The notes under the pieces are model-generated. The model was given only the letters and a program-made list of their open reading frames with translations. It had not been told where the DNA came from and made no database searches. From positions 1-60,277 of the IMG/VR virus record IMGVR_UViG_3300045954_000073: a DNA stretch of 60,277 nt; one strand, 5' to 3'. Every line of letters starts with the position of its first letter. Position 1 is the first letter of the stretch. Shown here one piece after another: positions 1-10,045 of the stretch. The stretch is from a virus. Lineage: Duplodnaviria > Caudoviricetes. The translations under genes and the position numbers were made by a program.

Positions 1-1608
1 ATGGCACATTCACAACTTTTTCAGCAACTAGCACGCACCATTCGTATTGTTCGCTATTGTCAACAGCATGATATCTCTACTGGTGAAGGTATTGAACGGA
101 TTTCTGCTATTGAGAAACTGATGTCGGTTCATAAAGCTAAAAGGCGGGAATTTCTCGCAGATTTGGGAAAAATTACTTTAGTAGGTGGAACAATTGGTTT
201 AAGTTCTGGCTTTTTTCGTAGTACTTTAGCTGTACCATTACCAGTAGATGCAAAGATAGCAATTGTTGGTGCTGGTTTAGCGGGACTTGCTTGTGCTTAC
301 GAACTACAAAAGAAAGGAATTAAGGCAACTCTTTATGAAGCCAGTAATAGAATAGGAGGACGTTGTTACTCTCTTAATGACTTTTTTTCGGGACAAGTTG
401 CCGAAAGAGGTGGAGAGTTAATCGACAATTCACACAAAACAATCTTAGGATATGCTCAAGAGTTTAAATTGGAATTGGAGGATTTATCAAAACAATCAGG
501 TGAAGTTGTTTATCACTTCGATGGACAGCGTTATACTGAATCAGTTATCGTTGATGAATTACGCGATTTTGTAACTGTAATTAGAGAAGATTTACGTTTA
601 TTGAGCAAACCGACTGCGAATAAATTTACTCAAGCTGATCAAATTCTCGACTTGACTAACCTGCAAGATTATCTTCAGAAACGTGGGGCAGGAAATCTCC
701 TCAAAAAAGTCATCCAAGCAGCTTATATTGGTGAATATGGAAGGGAACTTGAGCAGCAAAGTAGCTTAAATTTTATTCTTTTTATCCATGCAAATAGGCA
801 GTCAAAATTGAATCTGTTTGGGTTTAGTGATGAACGTTATCATATTGTTGGTGGTAATCAGCAAATTGTGGAAGGTTTAAAAAACCGTCTGCCAGGACAG
901 ATTAAATACGCGAAAAAACTCATTGCTGCGAAAAAGGATAGTGCAGGTAAAATTGAATTGACTTTTGATGATAACTTGAGTGAAAAATTTGATGCTGTTG
1001 TCTTTGCTATTCCCTTCTCAACTCTGCGAGAAGTAGATTTAAATGGACTACAACTACCACAATGGAAACGGGACGCTATCAACAATTTCACCTATGGAAC
1101 TAACTCAAAGTTGATGGTGGGTTTTAATAGTCGTCCTTGGGTTAACATCGGTTCTAATGGTTCTGCTTACTCTAATTTACCTACCTTTCAATGTGTTTGG
1201 GAAACTAATTACACTCAAGCTACTAAGAATCGGGCAGTTTTGACAAATTTCGCTGGCGGAAATTTGGGTGCAAGGCTAAACTCTAAAAATTTACAACAGG
1301 AAACTGCTAATTTTCTCAGTGATTTAAAACTAGTCTTTCCTGGTGCAGATACTTCAGCGGTGCAAATCAATCATCAGTTTTCAGCACATTTGGAAAACTG
1401 GTCTGTTAACCCACTAGCTAAAGGTAGTTATAGTTGCAATAAACCTGGTTACTTTACGACTATTGCTGATAATGAGGGGAAGTCAGTTGATAATCTCTAC
1501 TTTGCCGGAGAACATACTAGTTCATTCTATGAGTGGCAAGGTTTTATGGAAGGTGCAGCTGTTTCGGGAATTAAAGCTGCAAAGCAAATTATCCAGAGTT
1601 TTAAATAA
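1..1608 (+). CDS. FAD-dependent flavin monoamine oxidase family protein (host gene)
   Basis: GAGLAG dinucleotide motif, EASNRIGGR, C-terminal FAGEHTS...GFMEGA; RREFL twin-arginine-like segment near the N-terminus. Confidence 0.88.
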   Translation: MAHSQLFQQLARTIRIVRYCQQHDISTGEGIERISAIEKLMSVHKAKRREFLADLGKITLVGGTIGLSSGFFRSTLAVPLPVDAKIAIVGAGLAGLACAYELQKKGIKATLYEASNRIGGRCYSLNDFFSGQVAERGGELIDNSHKTILGYAQEFKLELEDLSKQSGEVVYHFDGQRYTESVIVDELRDFVTVIREDLRLLSKPTANKFTQADQILDLTNLQDYLQKRGAGNLLKKVIQAAYIGEYGRELEQQSSLNFILFIHANRQSKLNLFGFSDERYHIVGGNQQIVEGLKNRLPGQIKYAKKLIAAKKDSAGKIELTFDDNLSEKFDAVVFAIPFSTLREVDLNGLQLPQWKRDAINNFTYGTNSKLMVGFNSRPWVNIGSNGSAYSNLPTFQCVWETNYTQATKNRAVLTNFAGGNLGARLNSKNLQQETANFLSDLKLVFPGADTSAVQINHQFSAHLENWSVNPLAKGSYSCNKPGYFTTIADNEGKSVDNLYFAGEHTSSFYEWQGFMEGAAVSGIKAAKQIIQSFK

Positions 1609-1744
1609 GTGAATTTAATTCAGTAATATCCCTGATACTGGGGAAAAACTAATTTCTAGGGATTTAGGTGGCAAACTATAGCCAAGTTGCATTCTGTATA
1701 GTACACTTGTATTGGTAGATTGCTGTCAGTACAGGTTCCAGAGT

Positions 1745-1780
1745 AAATCCCCCGGCTCGTCACCGAGGGATTTTTATTTT
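1745..1780 (+). terminator. Probable intrinsic terminator at the host/prophage junction
   Basis: AAATCCCcCGG-ctcgtca-CCGaGGGATTT hairpin followed by a T-rich run. Confidence 0.55.
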
Positions 1781-1907
1781 AGTTCTTACCAGTTAATAGC
1801 TTTAGGGCTTCTGTAAATTAATGCACTAATTTTGAACTAAATTCGCTCCTGCTTAACGTATGCCATGATTGCGATTGGTTAACATACCCCTGTTCAACGA
1901 AAAATGT

Positions 1908-2045
1908 TTACTTCCTCAATTGTGGACAGCCAAGGATTGCACAAGTGATAATTAAAAGCACCCAAATATATCCAGATGGAATGGCTTCTTTTATTAGGAA
2001 GACAAAGGCGAACAAGAATACGAAGAAAATAGAAAGTTTATTCAT
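1908..2045 (-). CDS. Small hydrophobic two-TM protein (45 aa, not in ORF track)
   Basis: Own translation: MNKLSIFFVFLFAFVFLIKEAIPSGYIWVLLIITCAILGCPQLRK; same strand as the upstream ORFs. Confidence 0.45.
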   Translation of the reverse strand: MNKLSIFFVFLFAFVFLIKEAIPSGYIWVLLIITCAILGCPQLRK

Positions 2046-2176
2046 TAACTTTGTAGTTGTTGTCATTTCCTGCAATGTCGGTCACCCCAAAAATCTCGCC
2101 AGAAGGTAGTTTAAGATGTACTACATCTCTTGAGTCGGTCACCCAATCTGCAAAAGATTGAGGAACTCCAGCATGT

Positions 2177-2488
2177 TTAAAAAACAGCAGCTACAGAAGA
2201 TGTCACAACCATATTTAGTGCCTTCGACAAATCTTCCGGCTCATAAAAATCTGGCTTGCTTTGGTAGTCATAAATGATTTGATCCACTATTCTCATGGCC
2301 TCATAAAGGCACTTGCCAAAGCTAAAGTCATGCCAAGAATAATAAGATTCAAAAAAGCTATTCTGCTTATCACCGCATATAGATATATGCGGTTGATACG
2401 CTAGTCTATGACGTACAATAACCTTGCTTATTTGTATTGTGAACCCCTCATAATACAAAATCATAAATTCTCCTATTGTGAGCGCCAA
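2177..2488 (-). CDS. Hypothetical phage protein
   Basis: 103-aa ORF overlapping the upstream gene in a minus-strand run. Confidence 0.55.
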   Translation of the reverse strand: MALTIGEFMILYYEGFTIQISKVIVRHRLAYQPHISICGDKQNSFFESYYSWHDFSFGKCLYEAMRIVDQIIYDYQSKPDFYEPEDLSKALNMVVTSSVAAVF

Positions 2489-2733
2489 ACAACTTTACCA
2501 AAACGATATTTAGAATTTATCAACACCATTCTTACTGTCAACATCAATTTAGGGGTGTAGCGATTTACAGCTATTTGCAAGCTTTGGGTAATCTTCTTTA
2601 TAGGATATTGAGCATAAATACACCCTTCTCCTAAAAATCGCCAAATTTTAAAAGCTGAATCCCAGATTTCAACTTTAAATAAAGTAACCTCTGTTCTGGA
2701 AATTGAAATACGTAGACATCGCTTATTCTTCAT
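2473..2733 (-). CDS. Hypothetical phage protein
   Basis: 86-aa ORF whose start overlaps the stop of the gpK-like gene. Confidence 0.5.
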   Translation of the reverse strand: MKNKRCLRISISRTEVTLFKVEIWDSAFKIWRFLGEGCIYAQYPIKKITQSLQIAVNRYTPKLMLTVRMVLINSKYRFGKVVWRSQ

Positions 2734-3526
2734 AACTAAACAACGATTTGTGTCTTACTATTTTAGCAGGCTTCCAATAACCTCCGTAAATAGCTGCATC
2801 ACTTAATCTGTCAATTAAGTGATGATAAAAAATATTTTTATCTGGCTCCCACATCAGACCAGCATGATTAAGTTTGCTGCTGTTGATACGCATCAACAAA
2901 ACATCATGCTTTTGAAGCTTTTCCGTGACTGGAATTTCTATGAATCCCTCGTTAGCAAAATTTTGTTCATAGAAGTTCCAATCAGGGTTTGTATTCCATT
3001 CCCCTATCTCCCCCCTAGGATAATCTTTTAATACAATTCCTATTTCAAAAAATGCATCCCTGATCAAGGTGTAACAGTCCAAAATCCCGTATCTGAACTC
3101 CCTACCCAAAAGCGGAGGACAATAGCCAGAAGGATGCGTTATTTCTAAATTCCCTTGAGGCAAAACCATCAGCACCCAAGGCAAGTTGGAAGCCTCGCAG
3201 GCGACTTTATCAAACTCACTAAATGCGAGCTTGCCATTATAAACACTAGCGTCTGTGTGGCTGTGAAAAATGGCCACCACTTCACAATTTGCACTAGCAT
3301 GGGCATACTCTGAGGCGGATATAGCAAAATCCGTTTTAGGGCTGCTGTGAATGTTTTGGCACGGAACAAACATCAACTCCCCTTGTACGTCAACGAACAG
3401 TCCACAAGCCTCATTTGGGTATTGGTTCCAAGCAAAGTTGATTAGCTGAGTCTTAAAATCTGCAAATTCCATGCTCATGATGAAATCATTATCAGGTAAG
3501 GGTGGTTGGGCGATCGCCTCTGTCAA
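2723..3526 (-). CDS. Tail tip assembly protein K-like (JAB/MPN + NlpC/P60); real start probably 3478 or 3472
   Basis: JAB motif NEACG...FHSHT...SEFD followed by NlpC/P60 motif DCYTL...NHAG...YHH, the lambda gpK architecture. Confidence 0.9.
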   Translation of the reverse strand: MTEAIAQPPLPDNDFIMSMEFADFKTQLINFAWNQYPNEACGLFVDVQGELMFVPCQNIHSSPKTDFAISASEYAHASANCEVVAIFHSHTDASVYNGKLAFSEFDKVACEASNLPWVLMVLPQGNLEITHPSGYCPPLLGREFRYGILDCYTLIRDAFFEIGIVLKDYPRGEIGEWNTNPDWNFYEQNFANEGFIEIPVTEKLQKHDVLLMRINSSKLNHAGLMWEPDKNIFYHHLIDRLSDAAIYGGYWKPAKIVRHKSLFSYEE

Positions 3527-3714
3527 GATTTGAGATTGGTAATCCGAGGTTCAAAAAGGGATTTTATCCCACCACCCCAATGCTCATAAATATCAGTTTG
3601 CACGTTGTTAACGTAATCACTGTGCTTGTTTATCCAGAAACAGGTTTTCCCAATTCTAAATCTTGTCCAGTGTCCGCCTTTTAGTCGGCGATACCATTCA
3701 AAATCGTTTAGCAT
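3523..3714 (-). CDS. Small hypothetical protein between HIP1-containing direct repeats
   Basis: 63-aa ATG ORF; GCGATCGCCTCT at 3510 and 3732. Confidence 0.5.
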   Translation of the reverse strand: MLNDFEWYRRLKGGHWTRFRIGKTCFWINKHSDYVNNVQTDIYEHWGGGIKSLFEPRITNLKS

Positions 3715-3749
3715 TAATTATATTAAGGTATGCGATCGCCTCTTGAATT

Positions 3750-4094
3750 ATGCCGACGATATCATCAGATTATAAGATAAAAATCAATCCTACTGAGAAA
3801 GTTACTTATAGGCGAAATGTGGTCAGCTTTGGTGATGGCTACCCACAGCGTTCAAAGTCTGGCATCAACGCAATTCGCTCAAGCTGGAGCGTGACTTTCA
3901 CTGACTTAAACACAGCAGATAAAATTGCATTGCAATCAATCATTGATACCGCAGCAGGTGTCACAGGAATTGATTGGGTTCCCCCTGGTGAAGTCTAGGC
4001 TAAAAGGTGGCTGATCTCCGAACGTGTCACTAATTGGTTATCAAATGAATTATGGGAAATCTCGTGTACTATGGAATTACTGCATGAGACTTAA
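3750..4094 (+). pseudogene. Minor tail protein M-like pseudogene (paralog of 53010-53354)
   Basis: Same 345-nt length and similar sequence (MPTISSDYK...WEISCTMELLHE) with an in-frame TAG at 3996-3998. Confidence 0.88.
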
Positions 4095-4105
4095 TTAAGT
4101 TAATA

Positions 4106-4335
4106 ATGCCAATACCAAGCACTGAATTATTAACCTTAACCCCAGATGCAATAATTGATTTTTATGTTTTGGACTTGTCGCCATTAAGTACAAATAAGCT
4201 TTATCGTTTCTGTAACTGGAAACAATCAAACGGCACTGATATTGTATTCCAGCGGAAAACGGCTTTCAAGTTGCAAATTGAGATTTGGAAAATATGCTGA
4301 ACTCCCTTGGGGGCTTCCCAGGCGTTGATAGTTAA
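4106..4335 (+). pseudogene. Minor tail protein L-like remnant with internal deletion
   Basis: N-terminus matches 53376 (ELLTLTPDAI...FCNWKQS); after ~4250 another frame gives the C-terminus RLSSCKLRFGKYAELPLGGFPGVDS*; about 450 nt missing. Confidence 0.88.
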
Positions 4336-4355
4336 CAAATAATCAGAAAGAACTT

Positions 4356-4993
4356 ATGAACAATCAAGAATTAGCTACTCTTATCAGCAAATATGCCAAA
4401 ATCAAGTCCTATAATTTTTCCACAAAATTGAGTCATATAGAGATTGTTTACATTGAAGGCATTAACGGGGAAGAAGAGGGATGGACACTCAACAATGATG
4501 CCCCCAACGAATTCAATGACCAACGATTGGTTGCAAATCATGACTCAGATGGAAATTTGCAAATTATTGGCTCTTGGCAGGCGACTACTGAACCAGGTGA
4601 TCGCTACACATTTAATCCCATGAATCCTAAAGGTGCTGCCCGAATTCAGTTTGGTCAGTCGGCACACACGGCAACTCAGAGCCGCACGAAGCATTAATTC
4701 AAGTCGCTCCCGTCCCTGTTTACAGAGATTTCAACAAGGACGGAAAGCGAACTAGCGATAAGATTGATACTGGAATTTTTGGCATTAATCAACATCACGG
4801 ATATGACCTACCTCGCAATAATGTCGCCAACGCTAGTGCGGGGTGCTTGGTTGGAAGAAGACGCGAAGGACACAAAGAGTTTATGCGCCTAGTAAAATCA
4901 GATAGCCGATACAAAACTGACAAGGGATATGTTTTCTACACCACCATTATTCCTGGTGATGACTTGATGGCTCTCACCTTGTCTACTATTTGA
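4356..4993 (+). pseudogene. Frameshifted putative endolysin / cell-wall enzyme
   Basis: WQATTEPG...GAARIQFGQ, then a shift near 4657 to VGTHGNSEPHEALIQV...GINQHHG...SAGCLVGR...TGA 4993; H...SxGC resembles L,D-transpeptidase-like catalytic motifs. Confidence 0.7.
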
Positions 4994-5012
4994 TTACTCA
5001 CAATAACTAAGA

Positions 5013-5038
5013 CCTTCATGATGAATTCATCATGAAGG
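5013..5038. repeat. Dispersed palindrome, perfect 26-bp copy
   Basis: CCTTCATGATGAATTCATCATGAAGG. Confidence 0.95.
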
Positions 5039-5108
5039 CGGAAGAGCAGCCGTACAAAAGCCCTTATCCAAGAAATGATGAGGGATGTTTTGACGTGTAA
5101 ATTAATTG

Positions 5109-5414
5109 CTAAAGCCTGTACCAATCCCTTGCATTTGCTTTTTTTAGACACTGTTCGGTGGGCAAGTAGGCAGATACAATGTCTAAATTTTCTTCCGTTG
5201 CACACTCAAAATACAAGAAACCCTCCACATAAAAATCTAAATGAATCACCCACTCATTAGTCAGTTCAGTATCAATTTTGAAAGCACATCCAGCTTTCAA
5301 TAAAGCCCATGCCTTCCCTACTTGTTGCTGGCATTCAGCACTGTCTCTATTAGTCCATTTCTCTTGGGAGACTATGGCACGCTCACAAAGTGAAATAAGT
5401 CGCTCTCTATACAT
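5109..5414 (-). CDS. Hypothetical phage protein
   Basis: 101-aa ATG ORF on the same strand as the upstream operon. Confidence 0.65.
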   Translation of the reverse strand: MYRERLISLCERAIVSQEKWTNRDSAECQQQVGKAWALLKAGCAFKIDTELTNEWVIHLDFYVEGFLYFECATEENLDIVSAYLPTEQCLKKANARDWYRL

Positions 5415-5460
5415 ATTTTGCTAAAGCAATAGCGTTAATGATACTCAAATCTATCTAATT

Positions 5461-5895
5461 CTAGAGATATAAAAGTTTATATCCCAGTAGCAGACGTTTA
5501 GTAAATTTTTCTGTATTTCTGTTGTTCCACACTGGATTTTTCTTGTCTAAAATCCAGTTTTGGGAATTATGGCAAATGGTAGTATGACATTTTTTGCACA
5601 CTGGAAACCAGTTCACGCCCAAATGATTGCCATCGTATTGCGTATGGTGTAACTCAACGTATTTGTGCTTTAAACAACAGCAGCACAATGAATCGTATCT
5701 TTCTAGCTTTGAATGCGCGATCGCACATTCTCGACTATAGTTGTTGCCATAGCGAACTGAATAATCTAATTGCGGTTTAGTAGATATTCGTGTAGTAGTT
5801 CCACTTGCTTGTCGCTTGGTGCTTGTCCCATCATGTCTTCCCACTTGGTTTTGATTTCGGCGGGAGTGGGTACTCGTCCGAGTTCGTCTGCCCAT
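5461..5895 (-). CDS. HNH endonuclease-like protein (start uncertain, probably downstream)
   Basis: CCCC...ELHH...NWFPVCKKCH Zn/HNH pattern. Confidence 0.7.
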   Translation of the reverse strand: MGRRTRTSTHSRRNQNQVGRHDGTSTKRQASGTTTRISTKPQLDYSVRYGNNYSRECAIAHSKLERYDSLCCCCLKHKYVELHHTQYDGNHLGVNWFPVCKKCHTTICHNSQNWILDKKNPVWNNRNTEKFTKRLLLGYKLLYL

Positions 5896-7454
5896 TTAAC
5901 CAAATCCTCATACCAATCAGTTTGAATATCTTCGGGAGATGCCAAAGGAATAGTTAGGGGAAGCTGGTTGAGTGGTAATAATCCTTTGGGTTTGTTCCCC
6001 TTCTTTTTGAATTGCGTGTAACTGTGGTGCGTGGGGTGTACTGCCACTTGCTCAGGAACAGAACCGCGCACCACACAGCTGTAAGCCGTCTCCTCAATAT
6101 ATTTACGTCGTGGGTCATCCTTCTTCCACTGCAAGGCAATTTGACGAGCAGTGGCACACAACCCAACTAGTAAGTAGTTATTCCTCATCTGCGCTGAGAT
6201 TCCTAAGTCGTCAGCATTTGAAGATTGATTGAGAGCGATCAACGCTATTTTGTATTTCCTGGACTCACTGCCTAGCCTTTTAATGGCGAGTTCCATATTT
6301 TCCTTGTCTTCAAAGTTTTCAAGACAAGCGTTGATTTCGTCAGCAAAAACAATAATTGATGGTTCCATATCTATCTGTTCTTTGGAAAGCGATCGCCGAT
6401 GGTCTAGGAGTCCAAGCAATATGAGCAGCTGCTTTTCTATTAACTTAAAGTCCATAATCGTATGAATGCCCAACTCCTGCCATAAAACATTTACATTGGC
6501 GTGTGGGTCGAGAGCTAAAACTTGAGCAGGTTCATCTTTGGTCAGCCAACCGGCTACCCATGTAGCCACCGAAGTTTTACCACTACCAGAATTACCAGCA
6601 ATGATAATACCGACTGCATCATCCGCTAAATCCCGCCAATCATAAAATTCAATTGCCCCTATCTTGCCAGGACACAAAGCCTCATAGTCAATCTCATCCG
6701 TCAATTCCACAGGGATATGTATTGCGGATAGCCTTGAAATTTCATTCCTGTGCTTGGACTCCTCTGCCTCCAATTTAGCTATTTCCGCTTTCAATTTAGC
6801 TAGTTGTAATTGGCGCTGCATCTCGACCAATTCATTGTGCTTCTCGGCCTGCTCACGCTCAAATTCCAACTCACTCGGAGATTTATCTAAGGCGCGTGCA
6901 ACTTGGTCTTGATGAGTAATCCTATCTTTTATGTATTCAGTTTCAACAGCAACTTTGTGTGAGGCAATTTCGCGCTGCTGCTCGTTGATTAATATCTCTT
7001 GATTTAAGTCCGTTTTTAGTTGCTCGAAGTAAGCTACAAATTCTCTTTTGTAGCGTTGCAAGCGTTTTGATGTTAGCGAAGTGCATCCAGCTAATATTAG
7101 CAAGCTACTCAATGCCCAGTTTTTAGCCTTTGGGTTGGTTGCCGCGATTGTCCGCAGTCGTGTTGCTTTTTCAGAAAGGATAAAAGTCCCTTGTGGTTGA
7201 AATCGCGGGTTAGCTGGTACGTAATCCTCTTGCCTCCAGTATCCTTCAGGTATGATGTATTGTTTGTCCTGGGTGCAGTACTTGGTATTGAAATTATTAA
7301 TCGTTTTAGGCTTAAAACAGAACTCAATTACATCGTATTTTGTACCCGAAAGAGAATAGACTGACAATCCTAATCCCGATATTCCAAGAGCGATCGCCAG
7401 CCCAATAGTAGTTTGATTCTGTTGTTTAAACAGCTTTAACCAATCCACCACCAT
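5766..7454 (-). CDS. Membrane-anchored P-loop ATPase, FtsK/HerA/VirD4-like
   Basis: Two N-terminal hydrophobic helices, coiled coil, Walker A GNSGSGKT, Walker B IIVFADE, SRKYKIALIALNQS motif. Confidence 0.8.
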   Translation of the reverse strand: MVVDWLKLFKQQNQTTIGLAIALGISGLGLSVYSLSGTKYDVIEFCFKPKTINNFNTKYCTQDKQYIIPEGYWRQEDYVPANPRFQPQGTFILSEKATRLRTIAATNPKAKNWALSSLLILAGCTSLTSKRLQRYKREFVAYFEQLKTDLNQEILINEQQREIASHKVAVETEYIKDRITHQDQVARALDKSPSELEFEREQAEKHNELVEMQRQLQLAKLKAEIAKLEAEESKHRNEISRLSAIHIPVELTDEIDYEALCPGKIGAIEFYDWRDLADDAVGIIIAGNSGSGKTSVATWVAGWLTKDEPAQVLALDPHANVNVLWQELGIHTIMDFKLIEKQLLILLGLLDHRRSLSKEQIDMEPSIIVFADEINACLENFEDKENMELAIKRLGSESRKYKIALIALNQSSNADDLGISAQMRNNYLLVGLCATARQIALQWKKDDPRRKYIEETAYSCVVRGSVPEQVAVHPTHHSYTQFKKKGNKPKGLLPLNQLPLTIPLASPEDIQTDWYEDLVKWADELGRVPTPAEIKTKWEDMMGQAPSDKQVELLHEYLLNRN

Positions 7455-8053
7455 CTCCTAAACAACTTAAAAAGAACTGGCAAAAGTGCTAACCCTAGCG
7501 AAAAACTTAACAATATTTGTATTTGAAAATTAATAGTCAAGCCATCTGTAGGCTGAACTCTAATCTCGTAGTTTTTTACCTCAATTTCAAAAGCTTGGAT
7601 TGATTCATTGGCGTAGTTCATAAGCTGCCTGTATTCCTTGGTTGCGTTCCATGAAATACCAGCAGAAGCCAACAATTTACTAAAGCCAAAGACTACCCGT
7701 GAAATATCTTTTACTTTGTAATCACTTTGCAAGTTAATCCCAGATTCACCAATGTCAATGCCGGCAGGGATTGACCCCAGCGCAAAGCCTATTAATCCTG
7801 CGCTCATTGCCCCTAATCCAAAATCAATAGCTAGGAAACAAAGCGAGATATTAGCAGAATTGGCGGTTAATGTAAGTAAAAAGTTTTTGATTACTGTAAC
7901 CGCTGCACAACTTGATAAATAGTCTTGTTCTAAGCGATTTAAATAATCTTGATACTCACGGGCTAACTGGCTGTGTGTTTGTTCTTCTTGCTGGTCTAGT
8001 TCGTCAATTTCGGGTAGCATTGTATTCTCATTAATTAAAAAACTTGTAACCAC
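7436..8053 (-). CDS. Membrane protein
   Basis: Several Gly/Ala-rich hydrophobic segments; overlaps the ATPase start. Confidence 0.7.
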   Translation of the reverse strand: MVTSFLINENTMLPEIDELDQQEEQTHSQLAREYQDYLNRLEQDYLSSCAAVTVIKNFLLTLTANSANISLCFLAIDFGLGAMSAGLIGFALGSIPAGIDIGESGINLQSDYKVKDISRVVFGFSKLLASAGISWNATKEYRQLMNYANESIQAFEIEVKNYEIRVQPTDGLTINFQIQILLSFSLGLALLPVLFKLFRRWWWIG

Positions 8054-8089
8054 TACTCCTTAAGTCATCTGAGTAGTGGTTTTTATTTA

Positions 8090-8743
8090 CTAAATACCTA
8101 AAGCGTTGCGGAGTCGCTGCATCACCCCAAGGGGATTTCTCGCAGCAGCTTCGTAATCGCGTTTGTGAATTAATGTCAAATCGGACTGTTCGCCATTCTC
8201 TAGAAGGTGTTGAGCAGTCTTCAGTTCGTAAGCACGATTTTCTTGAATTTGGTTCAATTCAACACGTGATCGCTGTTCCAGTAATCGAACCTTGCCTTCA
8301 ACATCCTGGATTATTAAGTCAGCAAGTAGTTTGGCCCGTCCGTAGTCAATTGCCCATTCATGCCGTCCGGTTTCTATCTCCATCTGGGCTTTGAATTGTT
8401 CACGTAACTCAACCATGTCGTCCCAATATTTGACATTGGCAAAGCTGGCTTGGCGTTTGGCTTTTTGAATATTTACTTCGGCTTTACTGCCGTCTGCCAC
8501 AAATTCACCTAAAAACTTATTCCATTCCTGTTCATTAGTGATTTTAGTTTTGACGGTTTCAATAATGGCGGGCATTAAAGTAGCAGCCATTTTGCCCTCG
8601 TTATACATTGAGCCTAGTTTTCGCAGTACATTTTGATCACCTATCAATGCCTGTTGCAACTCCGCTACAGTTACACCAGCGACTCTTTGTGCTGCTTTAC
8701 CTGCTCTTGTTCTGGTATTGATACGGGTTTTGATGTGCTTCAT
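8090..8743 (-). CDS. Coiled-coil hypothetical protein
   Basis: 217-aa helical ORF in the operon. Confidence 0.7.
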   Translation of the reverse strand: MKHIKTRINTRTRAGKAAQRVAGVTVAELQQALIGDQNVLRKLGSMYNEGKMAATLMPAIIETVKTKITNEQEWNKFLGEFVADGSKAEVNIQKAKRQASFANVKYWDDMVELREQFKAQMEIETGRHEWAIDYGRAKLLADLIIQDVEGKVRLLEQRSRVELNQIQENRAYELKTAQHLLENGEQSDLTLIHKRDYEAAARNPLGVMQRLRNALGI

Positions 8744-8841
8744 AATAAAACATTACTTGGGTTACAAACAACGCAATCGGCAGTAGTAGCACTAGTAGTA
8801 GCAAGTTAAATTGATGTTGTTCTCGATATAGAGCAACCTGC

Positions 8842-9390
8842 TCAACTAGGGATTTTGAAGAGGTTGAGAATCTCTGTTTTTGTGTTGCGAAAATTTTCTA
8901 CAGATTCGTTCACACGATCAGAAAATTTACGGGCTTTATTATTGAACCTCTCATTACTTTCTTGCAATTTGGAAACAAAATGATCTTCTACCTCTTGCAT
9001 CAAATCATCTGTTTGTTGCATATCTTCTGCTAGTTGGTAATCAATCCAAGCAATGATAGCAGACTTAATTTGCCCTCTAAGTGAGGCGCGATCACTCAAT
9101 GCCCAGTCCATTTTTTGGCTAACCTGTTTAATTTGGTCAATAGATAAATTGACATCTAGGCTAGAAGCAATTTCTTGAATTAAAGTTTGCTTTTGAGTAT
9201 GACTAAGCTCATTTGTTTTTGTTACTGCTAGTTTGGATTGCGGCAACAATTCATCGACAATTTTTGAAATATTTTCTTCTGTTAACTCATTTTCAGGGTA
9301 CTTATCTGAAATATGTCTTTTGATTTGCGCTAAAGAAAATGATTGACCTTTACGTGTTAAACGAGACTGAATAATCTTGGCTTCTCTCAT
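8842..9390 (-). CDS. Hypothetical helical protein
   Basis: 182-aa ORF with AGGAG SD. Confidence 0.7.
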   Translation of the reverse strand: MREAKIIQSRLTRKGQSFSLAQIKRHISDKYPENELTEENISKIVDELLPQSKLAVTKTNELSHTQKQTLIQEIASSLDVNLSIDQIKQVSQKMDWALSDRASLRGQIKSAIIAWIDYQLAEDMQQTDDLMQEVEDHFVSKLQESNERFNNKARKFSDRVNESVENFRNTKTEILNLFKIPS

Positions 9391-9402
9391 ACAACTCCTT
9401 AA

Positions 9403-9795
9403 TTAAGCAAATAATTTGTACAATACTTCTCCCAGTTGGGACATAGAATAAGTACTGTCATTGCGGTAACTTATCCCGACGCTCCTAAATGCCCGATAAA
9501 ATTTGTCACGAGAAATTGAAGGATGTTTTTGATAAACATAATCTTTCAAAACCGCGCCCTTTACCTTGTCATTTAATTCAGCAGCCGATTGAACGACTAA
9601 CTTCAAAACATCAGACGCGATCGCTTTTCTGGGCGCAACTTTCTTGCACTTAGCTACAAACCTCAGGTTATCAACAGTAAGTGGCAGTTGAGCCGCTTCT
9701 AGTTGCTTTTTCAATGCGCTCCATTGTGAAGCACGAATAGGACTCCCAAGACAAGTTTCATAAATTGTTCTGAACTTCTCCTTTTTTGCTGGCAT
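9403..9795 (-). CDS. Basic hypothetical protein, possibly DNA-binding
   Basis: 130-aa Lys/Arg-rich ORF directly downstream of a repeat-rich spacer. Confidence 0.65.
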   Translation of the reverse strand: MPAKKEKFRTIYETCLGSPIRASQWSALKKQLEAAQLPLTVDNLRFVAKCKKVAPRKAIASDVLKLVVQSAAELNDKVKGAVLKDYVYQKHPSISRDKFYRAFRSVGISYRNDSTYSMSQLGEVLYKLFA

Positions 9796-10045
9796 ATCCC
9801 TTTCTCCCCATTTTCACAATTCAGTTGCACCTGACATTTACTGCAACGCTTTGATTTGCGAGTAACGTGCTACTTTGCATAGTGCCTAACTGGTAGTTAG
9901 TGCAAAAAACTTTGCAATTTAATGCTAAATGCTTGTTTTATTAGCCGTGTATTGCAACTGACTACTTTGGAATCATTGGTGTTCTTACTTTGCACGGCGT
10001 GCGCTCAGATAGTGCAACGCTGCATAAAATGCAAATAATGCAACG

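Noticed and set aside
1725-1780. tRNA/tmRNA 3' fragment as an att site
   Set aside because: No proper T-arm (GGTTCRANTCC) or CCA geometry and no partner repeat in the window; better explained as a terminator
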